The notes under the pieces were generated by a model, which worked only from the letters and a program-made list of their open reading frames with translations, was not told the DNA's origin and did no database searches. Source: Candidatus Lustribacter sp. (GTDB lineage: Bacteria > Vulcanimicrobiota > Vulcanimicrobiia > Vulcanimicrobiales > Vulcanimicrobiaceae). Taken from it: 64,000 nt of DNA. This document shows positions 38,641 to 49,490 of the stretch, in pieces (within the stretch, counting starts at the first letter, position 1; each line of letters opens with the position of its first letter). Both the position numbers and the translations under genes were made by a program. The stretch lies in the NCBI GenBank assembly GCA_965277805.1, contig OZ255842.1, forward strand, positions 5,088,001 through 5,152,000, in the 5' to 3' direction.

Positions 38641-39852
38641 TTACAGCAGAACGCAGGTTTTGCCGGGGAATGAGAGCGGGTCGTACGGCACCGGCACGAC
38701 CGGCGCTTTGGACTGCCAAAGCACCTTGAACTGCCCGCTCGGCAAGAGCTGTCCGACGTACGCGGTTTGCACGAGGCTCTGGTTGTTGGCGAACTTCGTT
38801 TCGCCGAGCCCGACATCGTCGTACGGCAGCGTCTTCGCGGCTTTGCGAACCGCATCCGGATCGAAGCTGCCGGCCTTCTTCACCGCCGCCGCCCACGCGT
38901 AGACGTCGAGGTAACCGTGCGCCATCGGATCGTCGACGGGCGAGCCCGGATACTTCGCTTGATACGCGGCGACGAATTTCTTATTGACCGGATCGGGCAG
39001 CGACTGGAAGTAATTCCACGCCGCGTAGCTGCCCTCGAGCAGCGACGGCCCGATCGCCTTCGCTTCTTGTTCTGCGATGCTGAATGACATCACCGGCAGT
39101 TTCGCCGACGGCAGTCCGGCCGCGGCCATCTGCTTGAAGAACGAGACGTTGCTATCGCCGTTGAGCGTGCTGAACACGATGTCGGGCTTCGCGAGTTTGA
39201 TCTTGTTGATCACCGCGCTGAAGTCACTGCCGCCGAGCGGCACGTACTCTTCTCCGGCCAAGGCTTTCCCGTCGTGCGCGATGTGCTTCTTCAGCACGAG
39301 GTTGGCCGTGCGCGGAAACACGTAGTCGGAGCCCAAGAGGAAGATGCTCTTATACCCCTTGCCTTCGGCCCACTCCAGCGCGGGAAGAATCTGTTGATTC
39401 GGCTGCGCGCCCGAGTACATGATGTTGGGCGAGCACTCGTTGCCCTCGAATTGAACCGGATACCACAGCAGCGACTTGAAACGTTCGAAAACCGGCAGCA
39501 TCGCCTTGCGGCTGGCGGAGGTCCAACCGCCGAAAACCGTGACGACCTTGTCTTGTTCGATCAGCTTCTGCGCTTTTTGCGCGAACATCGACGGATCCGA
39601 GGCGCCGTCTTCAACCACCGGTGAGATCTGTTTGCCGAGCACGCCGCCCTTGGCGTTGATTTCGTCGATGGCGAGCAAGGTCGCGTTCTTGACGGTGACC
39701 TCACTAATGGCCATCGTCCCGGTGAGCGATTGCAGCACGCCCACTTGCACGGTGTCTGCAGCGTTCGACGGCGCGGCGGTGACCGTGCCCAAGAAAAGCG
39801 CGAGCGCGCCGATACTGAGCAGCGATCGGCGCGCGACCTGATGAGTCATCAC
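38641..39852 (-). CDS. urtA: Urea ABC transporter substrate-binding protein
   Basis: SLTGTMAISE, EDGASD, GGWTSASRKA, GSDYVFPRTAN; GAGGAG RBS. Confidence 0.92.
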   Translation of the reverse strand: MMTHQVARRSLLSIGALALFLGTVTAAPSNAADTVQVGVLQSLTGTMAISEVTVKNATLLAIDEINAKGGVLGKQISPVVEDGASDPSMFAQKAQKLIEQDKVVTVFGGWTSASRKAMLPVFERFKSLLWYPVQFEGNECSPNIMYSGAQPNQQILPALEWAEGKGYKSIFLLGSDYVFPRTANLVLKKHIAHDGKALAGEEYVPLGGSDFSAVINKIKLAKPDIVFSTLNGDSNVSFFKQMAAAGLPSAKLPVMSFSIAEQEAKAIGPSLLEGSYAAWNYFQSLPDPVNKKFVAAYQAKYPGSPVDDPMAHGYLDVYAWAAAVKKAGSFDPDAVRKAAKTLPYDDVGLGETKFANNQSLVQTAYVGQLLPSGQFKVLWQSKAPVVPVPYDPLSFPGKTCVLL

Positions 39853-40062
39853 GGTATTCTCCTCGAATGAACGGATGAGAGCGAACACCGTGCGTTCGCT
39901 ATGAAGACCCTATCTCGATTGGCCGCGCGTTACGCCGTTTGCGAGGCCGCTTCTACATGCGGATGGTCGCGAACGCTGAGGGCCATCCAGACATCCACGC
40001 GGTGATAAGCAGCGGCGGCCAAGCAAACGCGCGGCCCAAGCCGATCGTGGTAGTATGGGCGC

Positions 40063-40740
40063 GTGACGCAGCTGAACGCAAAGGCGATCGTCTATCTGCT
40101 CCTGACGGTCGCCGTCATGGGCATCGCCTTATTCGTTCCGGCGGGGACGTTCGATTATTGGCAAGCCTGGCTTTTTCTGGTGGTTTTCGCCGTGTTGAGC
40201 CTCGCGATCACCGTGTATTTGATGAAGAACGATCCCCAGCTGTTGGAGCGGCGCGTGCACGGCGGCCCAACCGCGGAAACGTCACGCGCGCAACAGCTCG
40301 CGATGCTCGTCGCGTCGCTCGGATTCATAGCGAGCCTCATCGTCTCGGCGCTCGATCGTCGCTTCGGCTGGTCGCAGGTGCCGACGGTGTGCATCATCGG
40401 CGGCGACGTGCTCATCCTGGTAGGGTATGTCCTAATCTTTTTCGTCTTCCGCGCGAATACGTTTGCGTCGGCGACGATCGGGGTGGCCACGGATCAACGT
40501 GTCATTTCGAGCGGACCCTACGCGGTCGTGCGGCATCCGATGTATGCCGGTGCGCTCCTCTATATGATCGGGTTTCCGCTTGCGCTCGGTTCGTGGTGGG
40601 GGCTGCTGGGCGGCGCCGTCCTGATCGGGGCGATCGTCTGGCGGCTCGGTGATGAGGAACGCGTGCTCGCTGAAAACCTGCCCGGCTATGCTGCGTATCG
40701 CAATGCCGTGAAGTACCGGCTCGTGCCGTATCTTTGGTGA
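40063..40740 (+). CDS. Isoprenylcysteine carboxylmethyltransferase (PEMT/ICMT) family protein
   Basis: GPYAVVRHPMY, EE..L...GY..Y...V.YRL.P.LW. Confidence 0.88.
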   Translation: MTQLNAKAIVYLLLTVAVMGIALFVPAGTFDYWQAWLFLVVFAVLSLAITVYLMKNDPQLLERRVHGGPTAETSRAQQLAMLVASLGFIASLIVSALDRRFGWSQVPTVCIIGGDVLILVGYVLIFFVFRANTFASATIGVATDQRVISSGPYAVVRHPMYAGALLYMIGFPLALGSWWGLLGGAVLIGAIVWRLGDEERVLAENLPGYAAYRNAVKYRLVPYLW

Positions 40741-40755
40741 GTGTGATTGTGGCGG

Positions 40756-40780
40756 TCCCTCGACAAGCTCGGGATGACAA
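40756..40780. repeat. Single REP-like element between convergent genes
   Basis: TCCCTCGACAAGCTCGGGATGACAA resembles the widespread CTTCGACAAGCTCAGGATGAC REP-type repeat (from recollection); only one copy seen in window. Confidence 0.5.
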
Positions 40781-40782
40781 TG

Positions 40783-42366
40783 CTACATGCGGAAGATGCC
40801 GAAGGTTGACGGTTCGGGTGGGGCATAGCGGGCGGCGGCGAGGCCGAGGGCGAGGACGTCGCGCGTGTCGGCGGGATCGATGATGCCGTCGTCCCATAGG
40901 CGCGCGGTTGCGTAGTAGGGATTGCCTTCGGTTTCGTACTTAGCGAGGATCGGCGCTTTGAACGCGGCCTGCGCGGCGGCATCGAGCGGCGTGCCTTTCG
41001 CTTTGTCGGCTTCCATCCGCACGGTCAGCAGTGTGGATGCGGCCTGCGCGCCGCCCATGACGGAGATGCGCGCGTTCGGCCACATCCAGAGCTGGTTGGG
41101 CGAAAATGCGCGTCCGCACATGCCGTAGTTGCCGGCGCCGAAGCTGCCGCCGATGACCACGGTAAACTTCGGCACCGCGGCGCCGGCCACGGCCGTCACG
41201 AGCTTTGCGCCGTCTTTCGCAATGCCGCCGCGCTCGTATTCCTTCCCGACCATGAACCCGGTGATGTTCTGCAAGAACACGAGCGGCGTACCGCGTTTCG
41301 TGCACAGCTCGATGAAGTGCGCGCCCTTCAGCGCGCTCTCGCTGAACAGGATGCCGTTGTTTGCGAGGATGCCGACCGGGTGGCCGTCGATGTGGGCGAA
41401 CCCGCACACGAGTGTGGTGCCGTAGCGCGTCTTGAATTCGGCGAACGCCGAGGCGTCAACGATGCACGCAATCGCCTCGCGCACGTCGTAGGCCTGACGC
41501 GCGTCGGCCGGCACGACACCGTAGATCGCCTCGCGCGGTTGCTGCGGCGGACGCGACGCCGTGCGCGGCCATGCATCGTACGGCCGCACGTTCGCATGCG
41601 CGACCGCTTCGCGCACGAGGCCGAGCGCATGTTCGTCGTCGACCGCGCGATGATCGGCGACGCCCGAGATGCGCGTGTGCACGTCGGCGCCGCCCAGCTC
41701 TTCGGCCGAGACGATCTCGCCGGTCGCCGCTTGGACCAGCGGCGGTCCGCCAAGGAAGATCGTGCCGGTGCCCTCGACGATGATCGCTTCGTCGGACATC
41801 GCGGGCACGTAGGCGCCGCCGGCCGTGCACGAACCCATCACGGCGGCGATCTGCGGAATGCCGGCGGCCGACATGCGCGCCTGGTTGTAGAAGATGCGGC
41901 CGAAGTGGTCGCGGTCGGGAAACACGTCGGCTTGCAGCGGCAGAAATGCGCCGCCCGAATCGACGAGGTAAATGCACGGCAGGTGGTTTTGGGACGCGAT
42001 CTCTTGCGCGCGCAGATGCTTCTTCACCGTCATCGGGTAGTACGTGCCGCCCTTGACGGTGGCGTCGTTGGCCACGATCGCGCACCGCGTGCCGCTGACG
42101 ATCCCGATCCCGGTGATGATGCCGGCCGCCGGCGCGTCATCGTCGTACATTCCGTGCGCGGCGAGCGCCGAGAATTCGAGAAATGGCGAGCCGGGATCGA
42201 CGAGGCGGTCGATCCGTTCGCGCGCGGTCAGTTTGCCGCGCTGGTGATGGCGCTCGGTTGCCGCCGAGCCGCCGCCGGCGCGCACGCGCGTCAGGTGGGA
42301 GCGCAACTCTTCGACGAGGGCGCGCATCCCGGCGGCGTTGCGTTCGGCTGACGGATCCGGCGGCAT
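40783..42366 (-). CDS. liuB: 3-methylcrotonyl-CoA carboxylase beta (carboxyltransferase)
   Basis: [38 protein letters not shown]-terminal FGIFRM. Confidence 0.93.
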   Translation of the reverse strand: MPPDPSAERNAAGMRALVEELRSHLTRVRAGGGSAATERHHQRGKLTARERIDRLVDPGSPFLEFSALAAHGMYDDDAPAAGIITGIGIVSGTRCAIVANDATVKGGTYYPMTVKKHLRAQEIASQNHLPCIYLVDSGGAFLPLQADVFPDRDHFGRIFYNQARMSAAGIPQIAAVMGSCTAGGAYVPAMSDEAIIVEGTGTIFLGGPPLVQAATGEIVSAEELGGADVHTRISGVADHRAVDDEHALGLVREAVAHANVRPYDAWPRTASRPPQQPREAIYGVVPADARQAYDVREAIACIVDASAFAEFKTRYGTTLVCGFAHIDGHPVGILANNGILFSESALKGAHFIELCTKRGTPLVFLQNITGFMVGKEYERGGIAKDGAKLVTAVAGAAVPKFTVVIGGSFGAGNYGMCGRAFSPNQLWMWPNARISVMGGAQAASTLLTVRMEADKAKGTPLDAAAQAAFKAPILAKYETEGNPYYATARLWDDGIIDPADTRDVLALGLAAARYAPPEPSTFGIFRM

Positions 42367-42492
42367 GGCTTGAGCGGTTGCCGTGCAGAAGCAGCGGCCC
42401 CTCTTCGTCGCGGCTGAACGCCGCATGGGAGGGCGGTTAGAATAGCGCACCGATCGGCCGCAGATCGGCTGGGCGGCGCTATGATAGCGGAC

Positions 42493-43998
42493 ATGGCCGC
42501 CCTCACTTCCGCCGCACCGCCCGCGCCCGCCGCACTCTATCGTCCCCCCGGTCCGCTCGATCTCGCGACCGCGCTCGAACCGTATGCCGGCGGGTGGGGC
42601 GCGCGCCAAGCGGCGCACCTGTATCGGCGCGCGGGCTTCGGCGGCTCGCCGGACGACGTGGCGCGCGCGGCCGGCGCGGGGATGCGCGCGGCGGTCGACG
42701 GCTTCATCCGGTTCGCCGACACCTCGGCGTTACCGGCACAGCCGCAGCTCGACGACGATCGCCCCAGCCCGGGTCAACGCAAAACCCTCATCGCGGCCGC
42801 GGCGCAAGCGGGCGCCACCCCACAGTCGGATGCAGCGATCATGCAAGCGCGCAAAGCGATCGGGCGCGCGCGCCGCGACAACATGATTGCGATGGAGACG
42901 TGGCTTCTCGATCGCATGGTCAACACGCCGGCGCCGTTGCAAGAGAAGATGACGCTCTTCTGGCACGGGCACTTCACCAGCGCCTACCAGAAAGGCATTC
43001 CGGCGCAGGCGCTGGTCAATCAGAACAACCTCTTCCGCGCGAACGCGCTCGGCAACATCCGCGAACTGACGCTCAAGGTGTCGCAAGATCCGGCCATGCT
43101 GCGCTACCTCGACAACGCGCAGAACGTCAAGGCGCACCCGAACGAAAACTACGCCCGCGAACTGATGGAGCTCTTCACGCTCGGCATCGGTAACTACAGC
43201 GAAGCGGACGTGCGCGAATCGGCCCGCGCCTTTACCGGCTGGGGCATCGACCGCGACTACAACTTCCGCGATTTTCCCGTGCGCCACGACGACGGCAGCA
43301 AGACGTTCCTCGGCAGGACCGGGAACTTCACCGGCCGCGACATCGTCGAGATCATTTTCGCGCAGCCCGCCGCCGCGACGCTGTTGGCCAAAGATCTGCT
43401 GAATTTCTTCGTCTACAGCGATCCCGAACCGGCGCTGATCGAAGCGGTCGCCGCGCTGCTCCGCAAGAACGACTACAATTTGCAACCGGTGATGTCGACC
43501 GTGCTTCGCAGCAACCTGTTCTACAGCGACCGCGCCTACCGGGCGCTCGTGAAGAGCCCGGTACAGTTCGTGGTGGGCAGCTACCAGCTCTTCGGCATCA
43601 AGCAATCCGACCTCGTGGCGCTGGGCGCGCTGCGCCGGATGGGCCAGGTGCTGTTCTTACCGCCCAACGTCAAGGGCTGGGACGGCGGCGCGGCGTGGGT
43701 CAACAGCCAAACGATGCTCACGCGCGAGAACTTCGCCTCGAGCTTAATGGCGAAGATGGGCAGCGTGCCCTGGATGCAGCGTGCGTTGAGTTCGATGGAT
43801 CCGGCCAACGTCTCGCGCGCGCTCGTCGCGACGATCCTGCAGGGCGACGTGTCGCCCGCATCCAGCGCGAACCTCACCGGTTACCTCAACGGTAACAACG
43901 TCAGCGCGCTGGCTGCGCTCTCGGGCGAAAACGCCGACGAGCGCATCCGCGGCGCAGCCTATCTCACCATGGCGATGCCCGCCTACCAACTCGCATAA
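42493..43998 (+). CDS. DUF1800 family protein
   Basis: [42 protein letters not shown]. Confidence 0.92.
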   Translation: MAALTSAAPPAPAALYRPPGPLDLATALEPYAGGWGARQAAHLYRRAGFGGSPDDVARAAGAGMRAAVDGFIRFADTSALPAQPQLDDDRPSPGQRKTLIAAAAQAGATPQSDAAIMQARKAIGRARRDNMIAMETWLLDRMVNTPAPLQEKMTLFWHGHFTSAYQKGIPAQALVNQNNLFRANALGNIRELTLKVSQDPAMLRYLDNAQNVKAHPNENYARELMELFTLGIGNYSEADVRESARAFTGWGIDRDYNFRDFPVRHDDGSKTFLGRTGNFTGRDIVEIIFAQPAAATLLAKDLLNFFVYSDPEPALIEAVAALLRKNDYNLQPVMSTVLRSNLFYSDRAYRALVKSPVQFVVGSYQLFGIKQSDLVALGALRRMGQVLFLPPNVKGWDGGAAWVNSQTMLTRENFASSLMAKMGSVPWMQRALSSMDPANVSRALVATILQGDVSPASSANLTGYLNGNNVSALAALSGENADERIRGAAYLTMAMPAYQLA

Positions 43999-44007
43999 GA
44001 GGTTATC

Positions 44008-45219
44008 GTGAAACGCAACGCATTCTTGGCCGGAGCCGCGAGCGGGCTCGCCGTCGTCGGTCACACGGGCGGATTTTTCTCGCGCGCGCTCGCGCAAACG
44101 GCCACGCCGAATGACGATCGCGTGCTGGTGGTCGTCTACTTTCAAGGCGGCAACGACGGGCTGAACACGGTCGTGCCGTTCGGCATGCCGGCCTACTACA
44201 AGTACCGCCCGACGCTGGCCGTGGCGCAGAACGACGTGCTGCGCATCAACGATACGGTCGGCCTCAACCCGCAGCTCAAGCCGTTCAAGGACATGTACGA
44301 CAAGGGCCAGGTCGCGATCGTGCAGGGCGTGGGGTATCCGAACCCCGACTACTCGCACTTCCGCTCGACCGAGATCTGGGAAACCGCCGCGCCGGACAAA
44401 TACGCCTCGACCGGCTGGCTCGGACGCTACCTCGACGGCGCGAACGTGCCGTCCGAGAACCTCTTCAACGCCGTCGCGATCGCCGACGTGCTGCCCGAAG
44501 TGCTCGTTGCCGATCGGGTCGACGTTGCCGCCATCGCGCAGCTCAACGGTTACGGACTCGCCAGCGATCGCAGCAAAACGCTCGGCCGCGATGAGTTCCA
44601 TGCTTTCGTCGCCGACAACAACGTGCCGTTCCGTTCGCCGTATCTCGCGCAGGTCGCGTCGATCGAAGATCACGCGCAGCGCGGTGCCGAGGAGCTGCCG
44701 AAACTCATCGCCGGCTACAAGCCGGCCGCAACTTATCCGGAAACGCCGATCGGCCGCAGCCTCGGGCTTGCGGCGCAAGTGATCGGATCGAAGCTCGGCA
44801 CGCGCGTGCTCTACGTGCAGCTCGGGTCGTTCGATACGCACACGACGCAAAAGGCGACGCAAGACCGGCTGCTCGCCGATTTCGCCAACGCGATCAGCGC
44901 CTTCTACGCCGACCTCGCCGCGCACGGCGATGACAAGCGTGTCCTCACGATGACGTTCAGCGACTTCGGCCGCCGCGTTGCGGAGAACGGCAGCCGCGGC
45001 ACCGACCACGGTTCGGCTGCCCCCGTGTTCGTGATCGGCGGCGGCGTCAGGGGCGGACTCTACGGCGAGCATCCCTCGCTCGACGCCCTCGACGCCGGCA
45101 ACATGCGCTTCACGACCGACTTCCGCAGCGTCTATGCGACCGTGCTCGAGAAGTGGCTGCAGCGCCCCTCCTCAGCGATCGTGGGCCCGGGCTTCGCGCC
45201 CCTTCCCCTCTTGACGTAG
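44008..45219 (+). CDS. DUF1501 family protein (Tat-like signal)
   Basis: GGNDGLN, SHFRS, FDTH, FGRR..EN...GTDHG. Confidence 0.92.
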   Translation: MKRNAFLAGAASGLAVVGHTGGFFSRALAQTATPNDDRVLVVVYFQGGNDGLNTVVPFGMPAYYKYRPTLAVAQNDVLRINDTVGLNPQLKPFKDMYDKGQVAIVQGVGYPNPDYSHFRSTEIWETAAPDKYASTGWLGRYLDGANVPSENLFNAVAIADVLPEVLVADRVDVAAIAQLNGYGLASDRSKTLGRDEFHAFVADNNVPFRSPYLAQVASIEDHAQRGAEELPKLIAGYKPAATYPETPIGRSLGLAAQVIGSKLGTRVLYVQLGSFDTHTTQKATQDRLLADFANAISAFYADLAAHGDDKRVLTMTFSDFGRRVAENGSRGTDHGSAAPVFVIGGGVRGGLYGEHPSLDALDAGNMRFTTDFRSVYATVLEKWLQRPSSAIVGPGFAPLPLLT

Positions 45220-46431
45220 GTCCGGCTTCGAGAGCAGGTAGCCGGCAGTGGCGCTGATCCCGCCGATCAGCGCGAACAGGCCGAGCGTCGTCGTGGGCAA
45301 CCCGGTTTGGGCGCCGCTGAGCGTGCCGCCGAGTGCGCCGCCGAGCATGTTCGTCGAGCCGATGAGGCCCGCAGCGAGACCGGCGTCGTCGCGCGCTGCG
45401 CTCAGCAGCGCGCCGAACGCGCCCGGCGTGATGATCGCGACACCGAACGCGTAGAGCGACCATGTCGCGATGAAGCCGACGACCGATGGGAAATACGTGT
45501 CGACCGCGAACGCGACGATCGTCGCGACCAGCGTGAGCGCGATGCCGCCGGCGAACAGCGCTTCCGGATCGAGCGTGCGCACGAGCCGGGCCGAAAGCGC
45601 GGCCGCAACGATGAACGAGAGCGAGTTGATCGCGAACGCGATTGCGAATTGCGTGCTGGTCAAGTGAAGCTGCGCGATCAGGGCGAACGGCGAACCCGAG
45701 ATGAGCGCGAAGAATCCGAAGAACGATCCGCCGACGACCAGCATCAGTCCGAGCGTGCGCGGCAGCGCCAGCACGCGGCGATATGCGCCCCAGACGGGAT
45801 GTGCGATACGCGGCGACGTTTCGGGCAGCAGAAAGGCCACGATGACAACGAGCACGACGCCGATCACGGCTAACACGCCGTAGATCTGACGCCACCCGAG
45901 CGTTGCCAGGATGACGGCGCCGAGCAGCGGTGCGATGACCGGCGCGAAGCTGTTCACCGACGTGAGAATAGCTTGCCGAAACGTTGCGCTCGCACGATCG
46001 GTGGAAAGATCTTGCGCGATCGCTCGCCCGCACACGGTACCGGCACACGCACCGAGACCTTGCAAGAGACGCAGCGCGACGAGCAGACGCGCGTCCCCGA
46101 CCAGCGTGCAGGCGATGCCGGCCGCGGCGTAGAGCCCCAGACCCCAAAGCAACACCGGCCGACGTCCGATGCGGTCGGAGAGCGGCCCGAGGATGAGCTG
46201 ACCCAGTCCGAACGCAAGGATGAAGGCCGAAAGCGTCCACTGGAGCAGCGCGGGCGGCGAACCGAGTGCTTGGGCGATCAGCGGTAATGCGGGTAAGCTC
46301 GAGTCGATGGAAAGCGGCGGCAGCATCGTCAGCGAGCCGAGCATGACGAGGAACCAGGGCCCGCTCGTCCGCGCCTCGATCGCTTTCACTCCCGCCGTGA
46401 CCCGGCGCGCGAGTGAGGAGTTCCAGCGCAT
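45172..46431 (-). CDS. Bcr/CflA-family MFS efflux transporter (start may be 46388)
   Basis: P.SID..LPALP, GPLSDR.GRRPV, 12 TM. Confidence 0.88.
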   Translation of the reverse strand: MRWNSSLARRVTAGVKAIEARTSGPWFLVMLGSLTMLPPLSIDSSLPALPLIAQALGSPPALLQWTLSAFILAFGLGQLILGPLSDRIGRRPVLLWGLGLYAAAGIACTLVGDARLLVALRLLQGLGACAGTVCGRAIAQDLSTDRASATFRQAILTSVNSFAPVIAPLLGAVILATLGWRQIYGVLAVIGVVLVVIVAFLLPETSPRIAHPVWGAYRRVLALPRTLGLMLVVGGSFFGFFALISGSPFALIAQLHLTSTQFAIAFAINSLSFIVAAALSARLVRTLDPEALFAGGIALTLVATIVAFAVDTYFPSVVGFIATWSLYAFGVAIITPGAFGALLSAARDDAGLAAGLIGSTNMLGGALGGTLSGAQTGLPTTTLGLFALIGGISATAGYLLSKPDLRQEGKGREARAHDR

Positions 46432-46443
46432 CGCCAGAACTGC

Positions 46444-46818
46444 ATGACCCTTCCCGTGAAAGCGATCGCCGATCCCGGCCTGCCGCCGCGCGCCACGCCG
46501 AAAAATTTCCTCGTTGCATGGCTGCTCGTACTCTTGCGGCGCTCGCACTTGCACGGCTACGAGATCATGAAGGAGCTGCGTGACGAATTCGGCATCGCCT
46601 GCGAACACGGCGCACTCTATCGCACGCTGCATCAACTCGAAGCCGGCGGGATGATTCGGTCTCACTGGGATGCGCACGACCCCGGTCCCGCCCGGCGCGT
46701 GTACGAGCTGACCGATACCGGCCGCGAAGCGCTGGTGGCGTGGAGCGACGCGCTCGGCGGTTACCGCGCCTCGCTCGAAAAATTCTTTCATCTCTATCAC
46801 GGGCTCACCGGCGAGTGA
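46444..46818 (+). CDS. PadR-family regulator (PhaQ-like)
   Basis: PKNFL..WLL.LL....HGY, G.LYR.L..LE..G.I.S.W, GP.RR.Y.LT. Confidence 0.85.
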   Translation: MTLPVKAIADPGLPPRATPKNFLVAWLLVLLRRSHLHGYEIMKELRDEFGIACEHGALYRTLHQLEAGGMIRSHWDAHDPGPARRVYELTDTGREALVAWSDALGGYRASLEKFFHLYHGLTGE

Positions 46819-47609
46819 GCATCTCGATCCGCTTTCTCGGCACCGGCGGTGCGCGATTCGTCGTGGCCAAACAGATCCGCGCGTCGGGCGGCATGTGGAT
46901 GCGCTTCGGCGCGACGCAGGTGCACGTCGATCCGGGTCCGGGCGCGCTGGTTCGCGCGCTCGGCACGGTGCCGCCGGAGCGCCCGGCGGAACTCGACGCG
47001 ATCGTGCTCTCGCACAAGCATCTCGATCACGCCGGCGACGTCAACGCGATGATCGAAGCGATGGCGCAGGGCGGCTGGAAGCCGCGCGGAGCGCTCTTCG
47101 CCCCGCGCGATGCGTGGGAAGGCGACTCGATTCTGCTGCCGTACGTGCGCCATTTCGTGCCGCGGCACCAGATCGTCGACGAGCGCAGCGGCCCATGGCA
47201 CATCAACGACGTCGAGGTGCGCTCGTCGATCCGCCATCAGCATCCGGTCGAAACGTACGGGCTGCACTTCCGCTACGAGGGAACGACCGTCTCGTATCTG
47301 CCGTGCACGCGCTACTTCGATGCGCTGATCGAAGACTATCGCGCCCACGCGCCCGACGTGCTCGTGATCAACGTGCTGCGCTACGCCGACTCGATGGACG
47401 TCGACCACCTCACGCTCGATGATGCCAAACGGCTGATCGGCGGGATCGGCCCGCGCTCGGCGATCATGACGCACTTCGGCACGAAGATGCTCGAACGCGA
47501 CCCGCGCCGGATCGCCTACGACCTCGAGGACGAACTCGGGATTCGCGTCTATGCGGCGCACGACGGCTGGACGTATGACGCCCCGGTTCGGGGCACCGAT
47601 GTCGCTTGA
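46815..47609 (+). CDS. MBL-fold metallo-hydrolase
   Basis: FLGTGG, DPGPG, SHxHxDH, THFG. Confidence 0.88.
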   Translation: MSISIRFLGTGGARFVVAKQIRASGGMWMRFGATQVHVDPGPGALVRALGTVPPERPAELDAIVLSHKHLDHAGDVNAMIEAMAQGGWKPRGALFAPRDAWEGDSILLPYVRHFVPRHQIVDERSGPWHINDVEVRSSIRHQHPVETYGLHFRYEGTTVSYLPCTRYFDALIEDYRAHAPDVLVINVLRYADSMDVDHLTLDDAKRLIGGIGPRSAIMTHFGTKMLERDPRRIAYDLEDELGIRVYAAHDGWTYDAPVRGTDVA

Positions 47610-48024
47610 GATCGCCGTCGCCAAGCCCGGCGACACGACGGCGTTCTGGAAGGCGAACGACCGCGCGTGGCGCGGCGAGTTGTGGGCGTTCAAGGTCGTC
47701 TGGCACGAGCAAACGCACGATATCACGGCGACCATCGACGACACGATCGTCGGCGCGCTGAACTTACGGATCGCCGCATCGCTCGCGCACGTGGAGGCGC
47801 TCTACGTCATTCCCGATCATCGCGGGCAGGGCATCGGCCGCGCCCTGGTCGCTCGGTCGGAAGAGATCGCGAACTACTACAACTGTCACAAGGTCAGCGT
47901 GGCGGTGATGAACGCGAGCCCGGCCCAGCGCTTTTTCACCGGCAGCGGCTATCATCTCGAGGCGGTGCTGCCGCAGCACACGTTCAAGCTCGACGTCGCG
48001 ATGCTGCGGAAATTCTTGCTGTGA
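47599..48024 (+). CDS. GNAT acetyltransferase
   Basis: V.P.HRGQGIG. Confidence 0.85.
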   Translation: MSLEIAVAKPGDTTAFWKANDRAWRGELWAFKVVWHEQTHDITATIDDTIVGALNLRIAASLAHVEALYVIPDHRGQGIGRALVARSEEIANYYNCHKVSVAVMNASPAQRFFTGSGYHLEAVLPQHTFKLDVAMLRKFLL

Positions 48025-49490
48025 GCGACGACTCGCTCGATCCGCGCGATTGGGCGGAACTGCGTGCCCTCGCGCACCGCGCGCTCGACGAAACGTTCGA
48101 TGCGGTCGCGGGCATTCGCGAGCGGCCGCCGTGGCGCCCGATCCCGCCGGAGATCCGCGCTGCGATCGCCGCCGATCCGCTGCCGCGCGCGCCCGCCGAT
48201 CCGGCGCAGGTGTACGCGACGTTTCTCGAACGCGTCGCGCCGTATGCGGTCGACAACCGTCATCCGCGGTTCTTCGGGTGGGTGCACGGCGCGGGCACGC
48301 CGGCCGGCATCATCGCGGCGCTCCTCGCCGCCGGCATGAACGCGAACGTCGGCGGCCGCGATCACGCCGCGGTCGAGGTGGAACGCCGCGTGATCCGCTG
48401 GTGGTGCGAGGTCTTCGGATTCCCCGCAACGGCGAGCGGGATCCTTACCACCGGAACGTCGATGGCCAACCTCATCGCCATTCTGGTCGCGCGGCACAAA
48501 GCGCTGGCCCGCGTGCGCAGTGACGGCTTAGCCGGTGAGCCGGCACTCGTCGGCTACACGTCCGCCGAAGCGCACGCATCGCTGGCCGGAGCGTTCGACG
48601 TCGCGGGTTTGGGCAAAGCGGCGTTGCACCGGATTCCGTCCGCAGACGGCACCGCTTTTAGCGCGCAGTTGCTGCGAATGCTCATCGCGCACGATCGCGC
48701 CGCAGGACGCAAGCCGTTCATCATCATCGCGACGGCCGGCAGCGCGAGCACCGGAAGTATCGACGACCTCAACGCATTGGCCGGCATCGCGCGCGAAGAG
48801 AACCTCTGGTTCCACGTCGACGGCGCGTTCGGTGCACTGGCGCAACTCGCGCCGAGCTTGCGCGAACGCATCGCCGGTATCGAACGCGCCGACTCGATCG
48901 CCTTCGACCTGCACAAGTGGCTGCACGTGCCGTACGATTCGGGCGCGGTACTGATCCGCGACGGCGCGCTGCACGAAGCCACGTTCGCCGATCACGCACC
49001 GTACTTGCAGCGCAACACGCGCGGCACGGCCGCCGGCGAACCCTGGTTCACCGATTTCGGACCCGAACTCTCGCGCGGCTTTCGGGCGCTGGGCGTCTGG
49101 TTCACGATGAAGACGTACGGCCTCGACCGCTTCGGCGAACTGATCGCGCGCCAATGTGCCATGGCCCACGCGCTGGGCGAACGCATCAAAGCGACGTCGC
49201 CGCTAGAACTGCTCGCACCCGTTGCGCTGAACATCGTCTGCTTCCGCTACGTGCCGCCGCACCCGGCCGGCGAGCTGGATGAGCTCAGCGAGCGCCGGAC
49301 CGATGAGCTCAATGCGCGGCTCTTGATCGACCTTCAGGAACGGGGCTTGGCGGTGCCGTCGTCGACGCACGTCGACGGCAAGTTTGCGCTGCGCCTGAAC
49401 GTGATGAACCATCGTACGACGCAGGCTGACCTCGACGCCGTGCTGGCCGCCGTGCTCGAGCTAGGGAACGAGCTAGAGGCGTCCGCGTAG
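48021..49490 (+). CDS. Group II PLP-dependent (aromatic amino acid-type) decarboxylase
   Basis: HPRFFG, GTS.AN, H.DGAFG, D.HKW. Confidence 0.9.
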   Translation: MSDDSLDPRDWAELRALAHRALDETFDAVAGIRERPPWRPIPPEIRAAIAADPLPRAPADPAQVYATFLERVAPYAVDNRHPRFFGWVHGAGTPAGIIAALLAAGMNANVGGRDHAAVEVERRVIRWWCEVFGFPATASGILTTGTSMANLIAILVARHKALARVRSDGLAGEPALVGYTSAEAHASLAGAFDVAGLGKAALHRIPSADGTAFSAQLLRMLIAHDRAAGRKPFIIIATAGSASTGSIDDLNALAGIAREENLWFHVDGAFGALAQLAPSLRERIAGIERADSIAFDLHKWLHVPYDSGAVLIRDGALHEATFADHAPYLQRNTRGTAAGEPWFTDFGPELSRGFRALGVWFTMKTYGLDRFGELIARQCAMAHALGERIKATSPLELLAPVALNIVCFRYVPPHPAGELDELSERRTDELNARLLIDLQERGLAVPSSTHVDGKFALRLNVMNHRTTQADLDAVLAAVLELGNELEASA

